Of a stretch of 64,000 nt of DNA, positions 38,326-55,670 are shown piece after piece. The first letter of the stretch is position 1; each line of letters begins with the position of its first letter. The stretch lies in the NCBI RefSeq assembly GCF_009914755.1, contig NC_060947.1; one strand, written 5' to 3'. Position numbers and translations under genes: made by a program. The notes beneath the pieces were generated by a model, which did no database searches, was not told the DNA's origin, and saw only the letters and a list, made by a program, of their open reading frames with translations. Source of the DNA: the human T2T-CHM13v2.0 reference genome, Homo sapiens.

Positions 38326-39073
38326 GTAGAAGTCCAGTTTCATATTTCTGCATGTGAATATCCAGTTTTTCCAGCACCATTTATTGAAAAGATTGTCCTT
38401 TGCCCAATTTATGTTCTTGGAAACTTTGAAAAAGTGAGTCCACTGTAGGTATGTGGATTTATTTCTTGGTTCAGTGTTCTGTTCCACTGATCTATGTATC
38501 TGTTTTTTAAAATTTTATTTTAAAAGTAATGGGGTACTGGTGGCTTTTTGTTACATGGATACGTTCTTTAATGGTGATTTCTGAGATTTTGGTGCACCCA
38601 TCACACTAAAAGTACTGTGCTGTTTTGGTTACTATAGCTCTGTAGCATATTTTTATCTGTCTCCTCAAGCATTTACCCTTTGAGTTACAAACAATCCAAT
38701 TACATTCTTTAAGTTATTTTAAAATATGAAGTTATTATTGACTATAGTCACCTTGTTGTGCTATCAAATACTAGGTCTTATTTATTCTTTCTATTTTTTG
38801 TACCCAATAACCATCCCCTCCTCCCACACCCAACCCCCTACTACCCTTCCCAGTCTCTGGTAATGAGTTGAATTAAGACATTCAATTGTTTTGATGTCTA
38901 GATAACACAAATAACTGAGCATATGGAATGTTTGTCTTTCTGTGCTTGGCTTATTTCACTTAACATAATCATCTCGAGTTCCTTTCATGTTGTTGCAAAT
39001 GACTGGATCTTATACTTTTTATAGCTGAATAGTACTCGATTGTATATATGTACCACATTTTCTTTATCCATTC

Positions 39074-42613
<3,540 letters not shown>

Positions 42614-45600
42614 CTATTGATGGACACTTAGGTTTCTTCCAAATCTTAGCTATTGTAAACAGTGCTACAACAAACATGGGAATGGAGATATCTCTTTGAC
42701 ATGCTGATTTCCTTTCTTTTGGATATATCCCCAGCAGTGGGATTTCTGGATCATATGGCAGCTCTGTTTTTAGTTTTTGAGAAACCTCCAAACTGTTCTC
42801 CAGAGTCGTTGTACTAATTTACATTCCCACCAACAGTGTAGTTGGGTTCCCTTTTCTCCACACTCTCACCAGCATTTGCTATTGCTTGTCTTTTGAATAT
42901 AATCTGTTTTAACTGGGGTGAGATAATATCTCATTGTAGTTTTGATTTACATTTATCTGATGATCAGTGATGATGATCACCTTTTTGTATGCCTGTTTAC
43001 CATTGTATGTCTTCTTCTGAGAAATGTCTATTCAAATCTTGTGCCCATTTTGATTGGATTATTAGATTTTTTCACACAGAGTTGTTTGAGCTCCTTATGT
43101 ATTCTGGTTATTAATCCCTTGTCAGATGGATAGTTTGCATATATTTTCTCCTGTTCCGTGGGTTGTCTTTCCCTTTGTTGATTGTATCCTTGGCTGTGCA
43201 GAAGCTGTTTAATGTGATGTGATCCCATTTGTCCATTCTTGCTTTGGTTGTCTGTGTTTGTGGGGTATTGCTCAAGAAACTTTTGCCTAGTGCAATGTCC
43301 TAGAGATTTTTCTCATTGTTTTCTTGTAGGAGTTTTATAGTTTGAGGTCTTAGATTTAAGCCTTTAATCCATCTTGATTTGATTTTTTATATGCCAGTAG
43401 ATAGGGGTCTACTTTTATTCTTCTGCATATTCTCTTCAGCACCAGTTATTGAAGAGACTTTCTTTCCCCCAGTGCATGTTCTTGGCATCTTTGTCAACAA
43501 TAAGTTAATTGTAGGTGTGTGGATTTGTTTCTGGGTTCTCTATTCTGTTTTATTGGTCTATGTGTCCGTTTTTATGCCAGTACCATGCTGTTTTGGTTAC
43601 TATAGCTATGTATTATAATTTGAAATCAGGCAATGTGATTCTTCGCGTTTTCTTCTTTTTGTTCAGGATGGCTTTGGCTCTTTTGCATCTTTTCTGGTTC
43701 CATATAAATTTTGAGGATTGTTTTTCTTTTCTGTGGGAAAAATCTTAGATAGGGATTGTGTTGAATCTGTAGATTGCTTTGGGTACTGTGGACATTTTAA
43801 TAATATTGATTTTTCCAATCCATGAACATGGAATATTTTGCCATTGTTTGTGTCCTCTTCAATTATTTTAATCAGTGTTTTATAGTTGTTATTAGGAAGA
43901 TCTTTCACTTTTTTAGTTAATTCCCAGGTATTTAATTTTATGTGTGGCTATTGTAAATGGGATTACTTAAATTTTTTTTCACATTGTTCACTATTGGCAT
44001 ATAGAAATGCTACTGATTTTTGTATGTTGATTTTGTATGCTATAACTTTATTGAATTTGTTTATCAGTTCTAATAGCTTTCTTGTGGAGTCTTCAGATTT
44101 TTCCAAATAGAAGATCATATTATTTGCAAGCAATGATAATTTGACTTCTTCCACTCCACTTTGGATGCCGTTTATTTCTCTTGTCTGTTTGCCCTACCTA
44201 GGACTTCCAGTACTGTGTTGAATAACAATGGTGACAATGGCCACCCTTTTCATGCTCCAGATCTTAGAGGAAAGAGCTTTAGTTTTTTCCCATTCTGTGT
44301 GATACTACCTGTTGGTCTGTCATATATGATTTTTATTATGTTGAGGTATGTTCCTTCTGTCCCCAATTTCCTGAGGGTTTGTATTATGAAGGGATGTTGA
44401 ATTTTATCAAATGCTTTTCAGCAGCAATTGAAATGATAATATGGTTTTTATCCTTTATTCTGTTAATATGATGCATCATATTAATTGATTTGTGTATGCA
44501 TTTTTACATCCCAGGGATAAATACCACTCGGTCATGATGAATGATCTTTCTGATGTATTGTTCAATTCTGTTTAGTAGTATTTGTTGAGGATTTTTGCAT
44601 CAATATTCACCAAAGATATTGGCCTGTAGTATTCTTTTTTTTAATGTGTCTTTGTCTGGTTTTGTTATCAGGGTAATACTGGTCTCATAAAATGAGAGTG
44701 GAAGAGTTCCCTCCTCCTTTATTTTTCAGAATAGTTTAAGTAGGATTGGTATTAGTTCTTCTCTGAATATTTGGTAGAATTCAGCAGTGAAGCCATCAGG
44801 TTGCAGACTATTCTTTACTGGGAGATTTTTATTATGGCTTTGATGTAATTACTTGTTATTGGTCTGTTCAGATTTTGGATTTATTCCTGGTTCAAACTTG
44901 GTAGGTTGTACATACCTAGGAATTTGTCCATTTCTTCTAGATTTTCCAGTTTATTGGCACATTGTTCCTGGTAGCCACTAATAATCCTTTGAGTTTTCTG
45001 TAGTATCAGTTGTAATATCTCCTTTTTAGTTCTGATTTTATTTATTTTGATCTTCTCTCTTTTTTTCATAGTTAGTCTGGCTAATGGTTTGTCAATTTTG
45101 TTTAATTTTTCAAAAAAACAACTTTTTATTTCACTACTTTTGTATTTTTTTATTTCAATGTCATATATTTCTGCTCTGATCTTTATTATTTATTTATTTT
45201 CTTTTACTAATTTTGGGTTTTGTTTGCTGTTGCCTTTCTAGTTCTTTAGATGCATCATTAGGTTGTTTATTGGAAGATTTCATCTTTTTTAATGTATGCA
45301 TTTGTAGTTCTATTTCCCTCTTAGTACTGCTTTTGCTGTATACCATAGGTTTTAGTATGTTGTGCTTCCATTATCATTTGTCTCAAGAAATTCTTCCATT
45401 TCCTCATTAATTTCTTCATTGACACACTGCTCATTCAGAGCATACTGTTTAATTTTTATGCATTTGTATAGTTTCCAAAATTCCTCGTTATTAATTTCTA
45501 GTTATATTTCATTGTAGTCAGAGAAGATGCTTCATATTATTTCAGTTTTTTTGAATGTTTTAAGACTTGTTTTGCAACCTAACATATGGTCTACCCTTGA

Positions 45601-46590
45601 GAATGATCCATGTGCTGAGAAGACTGTGTATTGTGCAGCTCTTGTGTAAAATGTTCTGTAAATATGTATTAGATCTATTTGGTCTATAGTGCAGATTAAG
45701 TGTGAGGTTTCTTTGTTGATTTTTCTGTCTGGAAATGCTGTCTGATGCTAAGAGTAGGATGTAGAACTCTCCAACTGTAATTGTGTTGGGACCTATTTCT
45801 AGTTCTAATAATATTTGCTTTATGTATCTGGATACTCCAGTGTTAGGTGCATATATTTTTTAATTGTTATGGACTCTTGCTGAATGGACCTTTTTTATTA
45901 TATAGTGACCTTCTTTGTCTGTTGTTATAGTTCGTGTCTTGATTATCTATTTTGTCTAAGTATAGTGACTCCTGCTCTTTTTTGGTTTCCATTGGCATAG
46001 AATATCTTTTTCCATCTTTTCAGTGTATGTGTGCCTTTATATGTGAAGTGTGTTTCTTATAGACAACAGATCAATGGGTCTTTTTTGTTTCATCCCTTCA
46101 GCCAGTCTGTGTCATTTGATTAGAGAGTTTAGTCCATTTACATTCCATGTTATCTTTGGTAAGTAAGGACTTACCTCTGCCCTTTTGTTATTTATTTTCT
46201 GGTTATTTTGTGGTCTCTTGCTTCTTTTCTTCCTTGCTATCTTCCTGTACTGAAGGTGATTTTCTCTGGTGATATGATTTAGTTTCTTGTTTTTTATTTT
46301 TTATGTGTCCATTGTATGTTTTTTGGTTTGTGATTACCATGAGGCTTGCAAAATACTACCTTATAACCCATTATTTTAACCTGATAACAATTTTATACTA
46401 TTTGCTTAAACAAACAAGCAAGAACAAAAAGAAAACTAATGAAAACTCTATGCCTTAACTTTGTCCCCCTGCTTTTTAACATTTTTGTTTCTATTTTTAT
46501 CTTATTGTACTGACTATGTCTTGAAAAGTTGTTGTAGTTAGTATTTTTTATTGGTTCATTATTTAGTCATTCTACTTAGGTCAAGAATAG

Positions 46591-46968
46591 TGATATGGTT
46601 TGGCTGCGTCCCCACCCAAATCTCATCTTGAATTGTAGTTTCCATAATCCCCACGTGTCATGGGAAGGACCTAGTGTGTGGTAATTAAATCATGGGGGCA
46701 GTTACCTCCATGCTGTTCTCATGACAGTGAGTGAGTTCTCATGAGATCTGATGGTTTTATAAGGGGCTTTCCCTCGCTTCGCTCTGCACTTCTCCTTGCT
46801 GCCATAATGTGAAGAAGGATGTGTTTGCTTCACCTTCTGCCATGATTGTAAAAGTTTCCTGAGGTCTTCCCAGTCATGCTGAACTGTGAGTCAATTAAAT
46901 CTCCTTCCTTTATAAATTACCCAGTCTCGAGTTTGTCTTTATTAGCAGTGTGAGAATGGACTAATACA
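46591..46968 (+). mobile_element. THE1C-like MaLR solo LTR
   Basis: tgatatggtttgg...ggactaataca; TSD aatag/aatac. Confidence 0.93.
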
Positions 46969-48159
46969 AATACTTTATACACTACAGTACAGTGTTATAA
47001 TCTGTGCTTTTCTGTGTATTTACTATTATTGATAAGCTTTGTACCTTCAGGTGATTATTTACTGGTCATTACCCTTTTTTTCCTGATTGAAGTGCTTCCT
47101 TTAGCATTTCTTGTAGGACAGGTCTGCTATTGATGAAATCCCACAGCTTTTGTTTGTCTGGGAAAGTTTTTACTTCTCCTTCATCTTTGAAGGATATTTT
47201 CACTGGATATACTATCCTAGGGTAAAGGGTTTTTTTTTTTTTTTCCTTCAACATTTTAAATATGTCATGCCACCCTCTCCTGGCCTGTAAAGTTTCCACT
47301 GAAAGGTCTGCTGCCAAACTTATTGGCACTCCACTGTATGTTATTTGTCTTTTTTTTCTTGCTACTTTTAGAATCCTTTATTTTTGCCTTCGGGAATTTG
47401 ATTATTAAATGCCTTGAGGTAGCCTTTGAGTTAAATCTGCTTGGTGTTCTACATAACCTTCTTGTACTCAAATATTGATATCTTTCTCTAGGTTTAGGAA
47501 GTTCTCTGTTATTATTTCTTTAAATAAACTATCTACTCCTCTCTCTTTCTCTACCTCCTCTTTAAGGATAATAACTCTTAGATTTACCCTTTTGAATCTG
47601 TTCTCTAGATCCTATAGGTGTTATTCACTCTTTTTTATTCTTTTATCTCCTCTGGCTGTGTATTTTCAAATAGCCTGTCTTCAAGCTCACTAATTCTTTT
47701 GCTTTATCAATTCTGCTATTAAATGACTTTGATGCATTCTTCAGTATGCCAGTTGCGTTATTCAGCTCCAGAATTTCTGATTGATTCTTTTTAATCATTT
47801 CAATCTCTTTGTTAAATTTATCTGATAGAATTCGGGATTCCTTCTCTATGTTACCTTGAATTTCTTTTCAGTTTCTTCAATACAGTTATTTGACTTCTCT
47901 ATCTGAAAAGTTACATCTACTAGCATCAACACCATCCAGAAAAACATGACCTCACTAAATGAATTAAAGATGTTATTTCATGTCTCGGCATTGAAGAATT
48001 AGGTATTTATTGTAGTCTTCACTGTCTCAGCTTATTTGTAGCCATTCTTCTTGGGAAGGCTTTCCAGACATTTGAAAGGACTTGGGTATTTTGATCTAAG
48101 CTTTTCTAATATGCCAGCTGCAAGTTTCTTCTTTCTTGCCTAGACTTTTTTGGGGTTAG

Positions 48160-48605
48160 GGGGAGTGTACAAATTAATTGAAATTAATTACAACAAATTT
48201 AATATCTCTCAAAACTTTAAATGTACATATCCCTTGGTCCAGAAATTCTTTTTCTAGGAATTCATTATGCAAGTGCACCAAGATATATGTAGAAGGATAT
48301 TCACTACAATACCATTAGTAATGCTAACAACTAAATGTACATCAATAATTTTATTGCATAAATTACACCATGAAACTGTAAAAGCAACAAAGAATTGTTA
48401 TGTACTGCTAATGAAATGATCTCCAGAATATAGTAAGCAGAAAAAGTGGGAATCGAAGCAGTATGTATGATATGCTTCTATTTGATTATGCATAGAAATT
48501 TTCTGGAACTAGACACCAGAAACTGTTAATACTGTATACCACAGGGAATGGGAATGAGGAGTTGGGATTTGAAGTAGGAAGGGCATGTAATTTTTATTGT
48601 ATACC
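48160..48605 (+). mobile_element. L1ME 3' remnant
   Basis: 'ccagaaattctttttctaggaattcatt...caagtgcaccaagatatatgtagaaggatattcact'. Confidence 0.6.
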
Positions 48606-48765
48606 TGTTTTCCCAAACTGTGCACCAAAGTACCCTGTGTTCCTGGAGGAAATATGAAATTTCAAGGTAAAGACAATGATACTAGAAATCTATTAAATAT
48701 TGCCAAAGCTACTAAGTCAAGATAGTTTATAATTTCAACATTAGATCATGACACATTCCTTTCAT

Positions 48766-50080
48766 TTTTTCCTTTATAGGGAATTTTTGTTTTTGTTTTG
48801 TTTTTATTTTTCCATAAGTTATTGAGGATACAGGTGGTATTTGGTTACATGAGTAAGTTCTTTAGTGGTGATTTGTGAGATTTTGGTGCACTCATCACTC
48901 AAGCAGTATACATTGCACCATATTTGTAGTCTTTTATCCCTCACCCCCTACCACTCTTCCCCCTGAGTCCCCAAAGTTTATTGTATCATTCTTATGCTTT
49001 TCCTTATAGCTTAGCTCCCACGTATCAGTGTGAACATACGATGTTCGGTTTTCCATTCCTGAGTTACTTCACTTAGAAGAATAGTCTCTAATCTCATCCA
49101 GGTCGCTGCAAATGCTATTAAATCATTCCTTTTTATGGCTGACTAGTATTCCATTATATATATCTCTCACAGTTTCTTTATCCACTCATTGACTGATGGG
49201 CATTTGGGTTGCTTCCACGATTTTGTAATTGTGAATTATGCTGCTATAAACATGTGTGTGCAAGTATCTTTTTTGTATAATGACTTCTTTTCATCTGGGT
49301 AGATTCCCAGTAATGGGATTGCTGGATCAAATGGTAGTTCTATTTTTAGTTCTTTAAGGAATCTCTACACTGTTTTCCATAGTGGCTGTACTAGTTTGCA
49401 TTCCCACCAGCAGTGTAGAAGTGTCCCCTGATCAACGCATCCACGCCAACATCTATGTTTTTTGATTTTTTGATTATGGCCATTCTTGCAGGAATAAGGT
49501 GGCATCACATTATGGTTTTGATTTGCATTTCCCTGATCATTAGTGCTGTTGAACGTTTTTTCGTACCTTTGTTGGCCATTTGTATATCTTCTTTTGAAAA
49601 TTGCTATTCATGTCCTTAGTCCACTTTTTGATGAGATTGTTTGCTTTTTTCTTACTGATTTGTTTGAGTTCATTGTAGATTCTGGATATTAGTCCTTTGT
49701 CAAATGTATCAATTGTGAAGATTGTCTCCCACTCTGTGGGTTGTCTGTTTACTCTGCTGACTGTTCCTTTCGCTTTGCAAAAGTTCTTTAGTTTAATAAG
49801 GTCCCAGCTATTTATCTTTGTTTTTATTGCATTTGCTTTTGGGTTCTTGGTCATGAAATCCTTGCCTAAGCCAATGTCTCCAAGGGTTTTTCCAATGTTA
49901 TCTTCTAGAATTTTTATGTTTCAGGTCTTAGGTTTAAGTTCTTAATCCATCTTGAGTTGATTTTTGTATAAGGTGAGAGATGAGGAACCAGTTTTATTCT
50001 CCTACATGTGGCTAGCCAATTATCCCAGCACTATTTGTTGAAAAGGGTGTCCTCTCCCCACTTTATGTTTTTGTTTGCTT
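48766..50080 (-). mobile_element. 5'-truncated L1PB1-like, inserted in a probable Charlie remnant
   Basis: 'acaggtggtatttggttacatgagtaagttctttagtggtgatttgtgaga'; TSD acacattcctttca/acacatgcctttca. Confidence 0.92.
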
Positions 50081-50899
50081 ACAACACATGCCTTTCAATA
50101 ATATTATATCTTTGTGAAGTTGGCTTTGGGAAAGTTACTATGATAAAGTAACAAACCCTTTGGGTCATCTAAATGACACTCCATTACAATTTAACTTACC
50201 TTCCCTCTGAACTGACTGAAAAGGCCCTATCAGCTCAGGTAAAAAGATCTAGGAGGCTATTCTTCTTACTATCAAGGAAAAAGTTCCCCAAATCCCCAGA
50301 AAAGACTACTATAAAAGTGGGTAGGTACCATCATCAAATTATGTTTTAGAAAATCATGACTTTGCTAGGCAATGTTAGTAGAAGTTGACTTTGAAAGATG
50401 CTCAGATTATGTTAACACAATGTGAAAATTGAGGTATAATAGAGTCATGATTAATGTGCATATTTCCATATTGAAAGTTCTTAAAGGTTCATGGCTGCCC
50501 TTTGAGCTGGAGCAGCTCAGTATTTCTGGTTCAGCCTCTTTGATTGAAAATGCTCTCACCAGACTGACTAGGTTTCCCCAGTGCTTTGTCATTGGGCAGG
50601 AGCATTTCTTCTAAGTATATTGAAGCTATCTATAGGAAACCATGGCTCATAATGGTCTGGCTCCTTTCTTTTCTTGGGAATTGGACAGAGGACCTGATCT
50701 CAGGGTCTTGACTGAGGTCACCCATTAAGATTGTGACACAGCTAAGACTACAAACTAGGTCTTCTGGTCTAAGGTCAGTGCTCTGTCCATTCCACATCAT
50801 TCCCTCCAATGTCAGTGAAGTCATGATGGACTGAAGCAATGCTTTGACTAACTTTAAACTTAGGAGGTCAAGCAGACCTTGTGATAAAGGTCTAATTGT

Positions 50900-51290
50900 G
50901 AGACTTGTCTAACCCTCAGTTTCCTCACTTGTTTGATGGGGATGATAATAATATCTACCCCTCAGGATTTTGTAAAGATTAAGTGACATCCTGTAGACAA
51001 AGTGCTTAACATGGTGTCTGGCTCAGTGAAAATTTTTAGTAAATGTTGTCCCTTCCTCTTGGCTAAGAGTTTGATCTCTGGAGTGAGCAATGCAAGTTTC
51101 GGAGTCTCAGTCCTATCACTGTCTATATGTGTGACTTTGAGATCGTTACTTATCTCCTCTATGCCTTAGTTTCCTTATCTGTCTCACAGTATTGTTATGA
51201 GGATGCAATGGGATTATAGATATAAAGTGGTTGAATTCAGTGTTTCTCCTGAAGCAAGTAATCAACTATATATAGTGTGACATAATTATT
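50900..51290 (+). mobile_element. Two MIR fragments
   Basis: 'ctcagtttcctcacttgtttgatggggatgataata' and 'gccttagtttccttatctgt'. Confidence 0.75.
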
Positions 51291-51593
51291 AATGGCGAGG
51301 TTACTAAGAGGAATTTGGTGTGAGCTCCCTGCATGGAGTGATCCTAATCGTGAAATGGTGAAAGCCTGCCAATAGGATGTGTGCTTTGTGTCCTCCATGT
51401 CCTATTTTTCCTCTTCTTCCCTACCCAGCCGTTTATCCAATCCCATTCACAGATCCTTGCTTCATAGTCAGGTGTAAGTGGCCAACAGCATAAAATATTA
51501 CTACTCTCAGTGGGATTTGCATTTTCCAAGCGACTAAAATCCTAAATTGAAAGGAGGAAACTCTAGCGGGGCAAATCCAGCCCTGATTTAGAG

Positions 51594-51802
51594 CAGAGTT
51601 TCTCAGTCTCAGCACTGTGGACATTTTGGGCTGGATAGTTAATTTGGGGGACTTGTGCATTGTAGGATGTTTAGCACCACCTCTGGCCTCAACTTACTAA
51701 ATGCCAGTAGTGCAACAATGCTTTCCCCAGTTAAGACAAAAATGTCTAAGCACTGCTAAATATCCCCTGGGGAGAGAAATCACGCATAATTATGATCCAT
51801 TG
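51594..51802 (+). mobile_element. MER20 hAT MITE
   Basis: 'gcactgtggacattttgggctggata...gtgcattgtaggatgtttagcaccacctctggcctc'. Confidence 0.85.
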
Positions 51803-51854
51803 GTTTAGAGGATTCTGCAGGGAAGTGGGGCCTTCCAGGATATCTTAAATGACA

Positions 51855-52388
51855 CAGGGGTTATAAGTGCAAATGCCTTCAGGGACCAGGCAGAAATGGA
51901 AATGCAGAAAGCAGAAGAGTATAATATGATAAGGAGTGGTGGGGCTTGTGGCAAAATGGAGGGTGTATGCCCTATTTAAAGGCATTCAAAGTAAACATTT
52001 AAAGAAAAGCTCTCTGGCCGGGCATGGTGGCTCACACCTGTAATTCCAACACTTTAGGAGGCTGAGGAAGGAGGATTGCTTGAGGCCAGGAGTTTAAGAT
52101 AAGCTTAGGAAACATAGTGAGACCTCATCTCTGCATAAATATTTTAAAATTTTAGCTGGGAATGAGTAGTATGTACCTGTAGTCCCACCTACTCTGGAGG
52201 CTGAGGCAGGAAGATAAGTTGAACCCTGGAGTTGAACGTTGAAATGAGCTGTGATGATGTTACTGCACTCCAGCCCAGGCAACAGAGCAAGACCCTGTCT
52301 CTTAAAAGAAAAGAAATAAATTAAAAAGCTCTGTAAGCCAGACAAAGCATATATGAGGACTGAAATGGGCTGCCAGTTTCAAGCCCCA
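51855..52388 (+). mobile_element. MER102-like hAT MITE split by an AluJ
   Basis: caggggt...caaatgccttcagggaccaggcag...gccagtttcaagcccc. Confidence 0.6.
52016..52322 (+). mobile_element. AluJ
   Basis: 'gaggattgcttgaggccaggagttt'; TSD aaaagctctct/aaaagctctgt. Confidence 0.92.
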
Positions 52389-53649
52389 GGTGTAGGCTGT
52401 CCCTCAGGATGGTTCAACTGTGGTACGTGCTCTCCTCATTTGGGCCAGTGATTCCCCCAACCCAGTTTCTGCTTTTCCCCCCTCTGCCTTCTGCCTTCAA
52501 AATAAGGATGCTTTTAAATAGTCAAGGCATATTTTATTATCCTAGAATGTAGACTTAATTTTAAAGTTCACTAAAACTTTCAAACATATATGTGTTATTC
52601 AAATGGGCACATTTCAAATGTAATAATTTAAAACTGTCTATATGTTGTGTTAAAAATGGACAATAACTTGTAAGAACAGTAAAGGCAGGGGGAAAAATCA
52701 ACAAAAACCAGAAAAACATAGATGAAAATATTAGCAGGGGTTGTGCCCAGGTGAATTTTTCTCTATTTTTTGGTTTCCTATATATTTTTGTAAAGCTTAA
52801 TGTTATACTGGGGAAAGCATACACTTGAAAGAAGAGCTCTGTGTCATCCAGTACTTGTCCAGATGGGAAAAGTGTCATGAAATCAAATAAATAACAAAAA
52901 TTCTAATGGCTGAGCTAGTCCTCCTAATCCCTGCACTGTCAGAGGCTTCATGTCTGATGAACAAGAGAACCTGGAGTTCCCTGCGTGTGGTTATTAACAT
53001 TGATAATAATTGGAACACTAATCTCTGCCCACCACATTCTGTTCTCTGGTCGCTTTCTGCTGCTTTTTAATGACGCGCTTTTGCTTTTTCCCATGTATTC
53101 CGCATTATACACATGCTGTACTGCTCTACCTTCCCTCGATTTATGCATGTCTCTAGCAGATGGTTGGGCCAGTCCACCTCGGGTGCTTGTTTAGCATAAC
53201 AGAGAGCTCAACAACTGGGGCCCCACTCACAATGTTCAGCTTGCATTTCTGGATACTGGTGGGGTAAACACAGGGTTAAGGCCAGCACTTGCCATTTCCG
53301 ACCTACCTTTACTGCAGCTAGGGGTGGGTTTTCCTATTTGCTTTTCAAGAGTTGTTTTTCCTCTCTCATTTTTTCCACCCGCTACCCCCATTTTTTTCCC
53401 TTGGACTTCTCAGGTTTTCTATGAGACTTCTCATGGTAGTGGTGAGTACAGGGAATTTTCGAGGAAAAATTCCATTTTGGAAATCCAGCATTTGGAGTCC
53501 CTGCTTAATTTTTTAGTGGCTGAATCTTGTTGAAGGCGAGGGAGGCATCCTTCATTCACCTGCTCCTTTTCCCTCTTTGAAGAAGGATGTGCTGTATCAA
53601 CCATCCACTCTCCTCAGAATGGTGGAAATTTTGAGCACATGTGGATATG

Positions 53650-55060
53650 AGCAATTAAAGAAATCAGAATTGACCTCCAATAACACACTTCCAGTCTCTT
53701 GAAGCTTGTGAAGTAGTTCAAGTCAGCTTCCGGGTGCCGGGCCTCCTGGCTGCCTCAATTCAGAGCTACACTTCTCCCCATGCTCGTAGCACGTTGATTT
53801 CAAGCTCCTGCCATTCTAGGGAGTACTTATGGAGGCTTACTGTGGCAATATAAGCTACATTTTTTTTTCATCTGATCTGGGTCCTCAGATCTTCTGGGCT
53901 ATTATTTATGAAGAAAAAACTATCTTGTGATAAAACCATCTAAGGAGTTGAAGGTTGTTATTGTTCTAGGTTGCTACAAGATTTGCCTTAATGACTTAAG
54001 ATGAACACAGCTTGAGATAAGAAACCTGTAAAGTGCCAGTCTGAAGTTTCCTGTAATATGTAATTTCCATGTGGATGGAAAAAATTGATTTCTAATTTAT
54101 AAAATACGTCCCCCAATTCCAGTTATTACGTACTTTTCTAGTTTCAGCTTGAAATCACTCAGAGTGATGCGTCCACAGAAGGCAAAAAAGCGGGGGTTGC
54201 TTTCTTCCCACTCCAGGTGAAGAAGGAAAAAATGGAACTTTGTGGCGAGGAAGCCAAGAAAGCAGTTGGGGTGGTGTGATTGGTGGGGGAGGAGCCTGGA
54301 TAAATGGTGGTCTCCATATATTTTCAGGACGGCTCTTTTCTCTCCAGCACTGGAGGAAAATCAATATCTTGTTTTCAGATGGGTAAATGGAGTTGTCTCT
54401 TTAAAGTGCCCCGGTCAGTTCACCACACGTCGGGCAGCTGCTGCTTTCCAGGCTGCCCCGCGATTCCCAGGCTAGAAGGATTGACAAGGCGATGATAAAC
54501 TAACGTGCCCCCTCAGCTCTGGGTGTGCGCCATTGTTCCTGCAGCTGAGACCCTCTGCTGCTATTTGCTTTCTCCCACATACATTATTCAACAGCCCAGG
54601 AAAAGGCCAAGAACCTCTTTCATTCAGGAATTCTGTATTAAAATAATCAATTTCAAACTGAAGCCGGGAAGGCCAGCTTGCTACAGGGAGAGCCTATTAA
54701 TAAGCCACCAGTCTTTTCCATTTGCATTGAACTCATGCTGTATTGTGGTAATATGGGATTATTTTTTTTTTTCAGTTTCCTCCAAGAAACTAAACATTAC
54801 ATTGGTTCTCTTGCCCTTTCATAAATAGCATGTAGAAGAGCTTCTTCATTTGATCCCATCATTAATAGAACACTAGAGGCCATATTTGTGCCTGCTACTC
54901 TGCACTGACCAATTCTGATTTTGAAAGTACTTTAAAAAAGCCATTAGCTCTCCATGAAATGTAGCAAGAAGAAAAGTTTTCAAGTGTTTTGTTTTCCATT
55001 CATTGGCATTACGTTTCTTGTCTTGTCTCTCCTGCCCCCTGCCTCTAACCATTTCCCCAC
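53650..55060. promoter_or_regulatory. Repeat-free, CpG-retaining block; candidate cis-regulatory element
   Basis: Local CpG cluster at ~54100-54670; CCATTGTTC (SOX), TGATAA (GATA) and CAGCTG motifs. Confidence 0.35.
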
Positions 55061-55062
55061 GT

Positions 55063-55063
<1 letters not shown>

Positions 55064-55097
<34 letters not shown>
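55064..55097. repeat. (CA)n microsatellite
   Basis: Directly visible. Confidence 0.97.
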
Positions 55098-55098
<1 letters not shown>

Positions 55099-55486
55099 CG
55101 TTATATTCAAGCCCTAAGCCAAAAAATTAGAAACCTTACATGTACAAGTAAAGATAAATTTCAAGTGCTTTCCAGCAGCACCATGAGACACTCTCCCAAA
55201 TGGGTGTGTTTTCCCTATTTGGTTAATAAAGGGTTAATTTAAAAAACTCCCTTTCTGTGGCTTCCTTATTGTCAAAATTCTTTCTAGGCTTACATCTGTC
55301 CGTTTTCATGCCTTTAAACAATCAATGACCAAAAAGTAACTATTAATAATTACTATTCTATAGTCAATTCAACATTTATTAAACACCAACTGTGTACACG
55401 AGAAATCTCCAGGGCTTTAACTTGGGGCATCCCAATGAATCAGTTATAATTCCTCAAATGTCCCCTGAAACATGGATTTTTAATAT

Positions 55487-55670
55487 GGTTCCCAGATTTA
55501 GCAAATAAAAATATAAGGCACTCTCTTCAATTTGAATTTTAGAGAAATAAACAATTGTTTGGTGTAATTTGTGCCATGTCATCTTTGGGACATACTTATA
55601 CAAAAAATTCTCATTGTTTATTTGAAATTAAGATTTAACTGGGAGCCCTATATTATATCTGGAAACACTA
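55487..55670. mobile_element. MER53 palindromic MITE, full length
   Basis: ggttcccagatttagcaaataaaaat...tttgggacatacttatac...atctggaaacacta. Confidence 0.8.
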
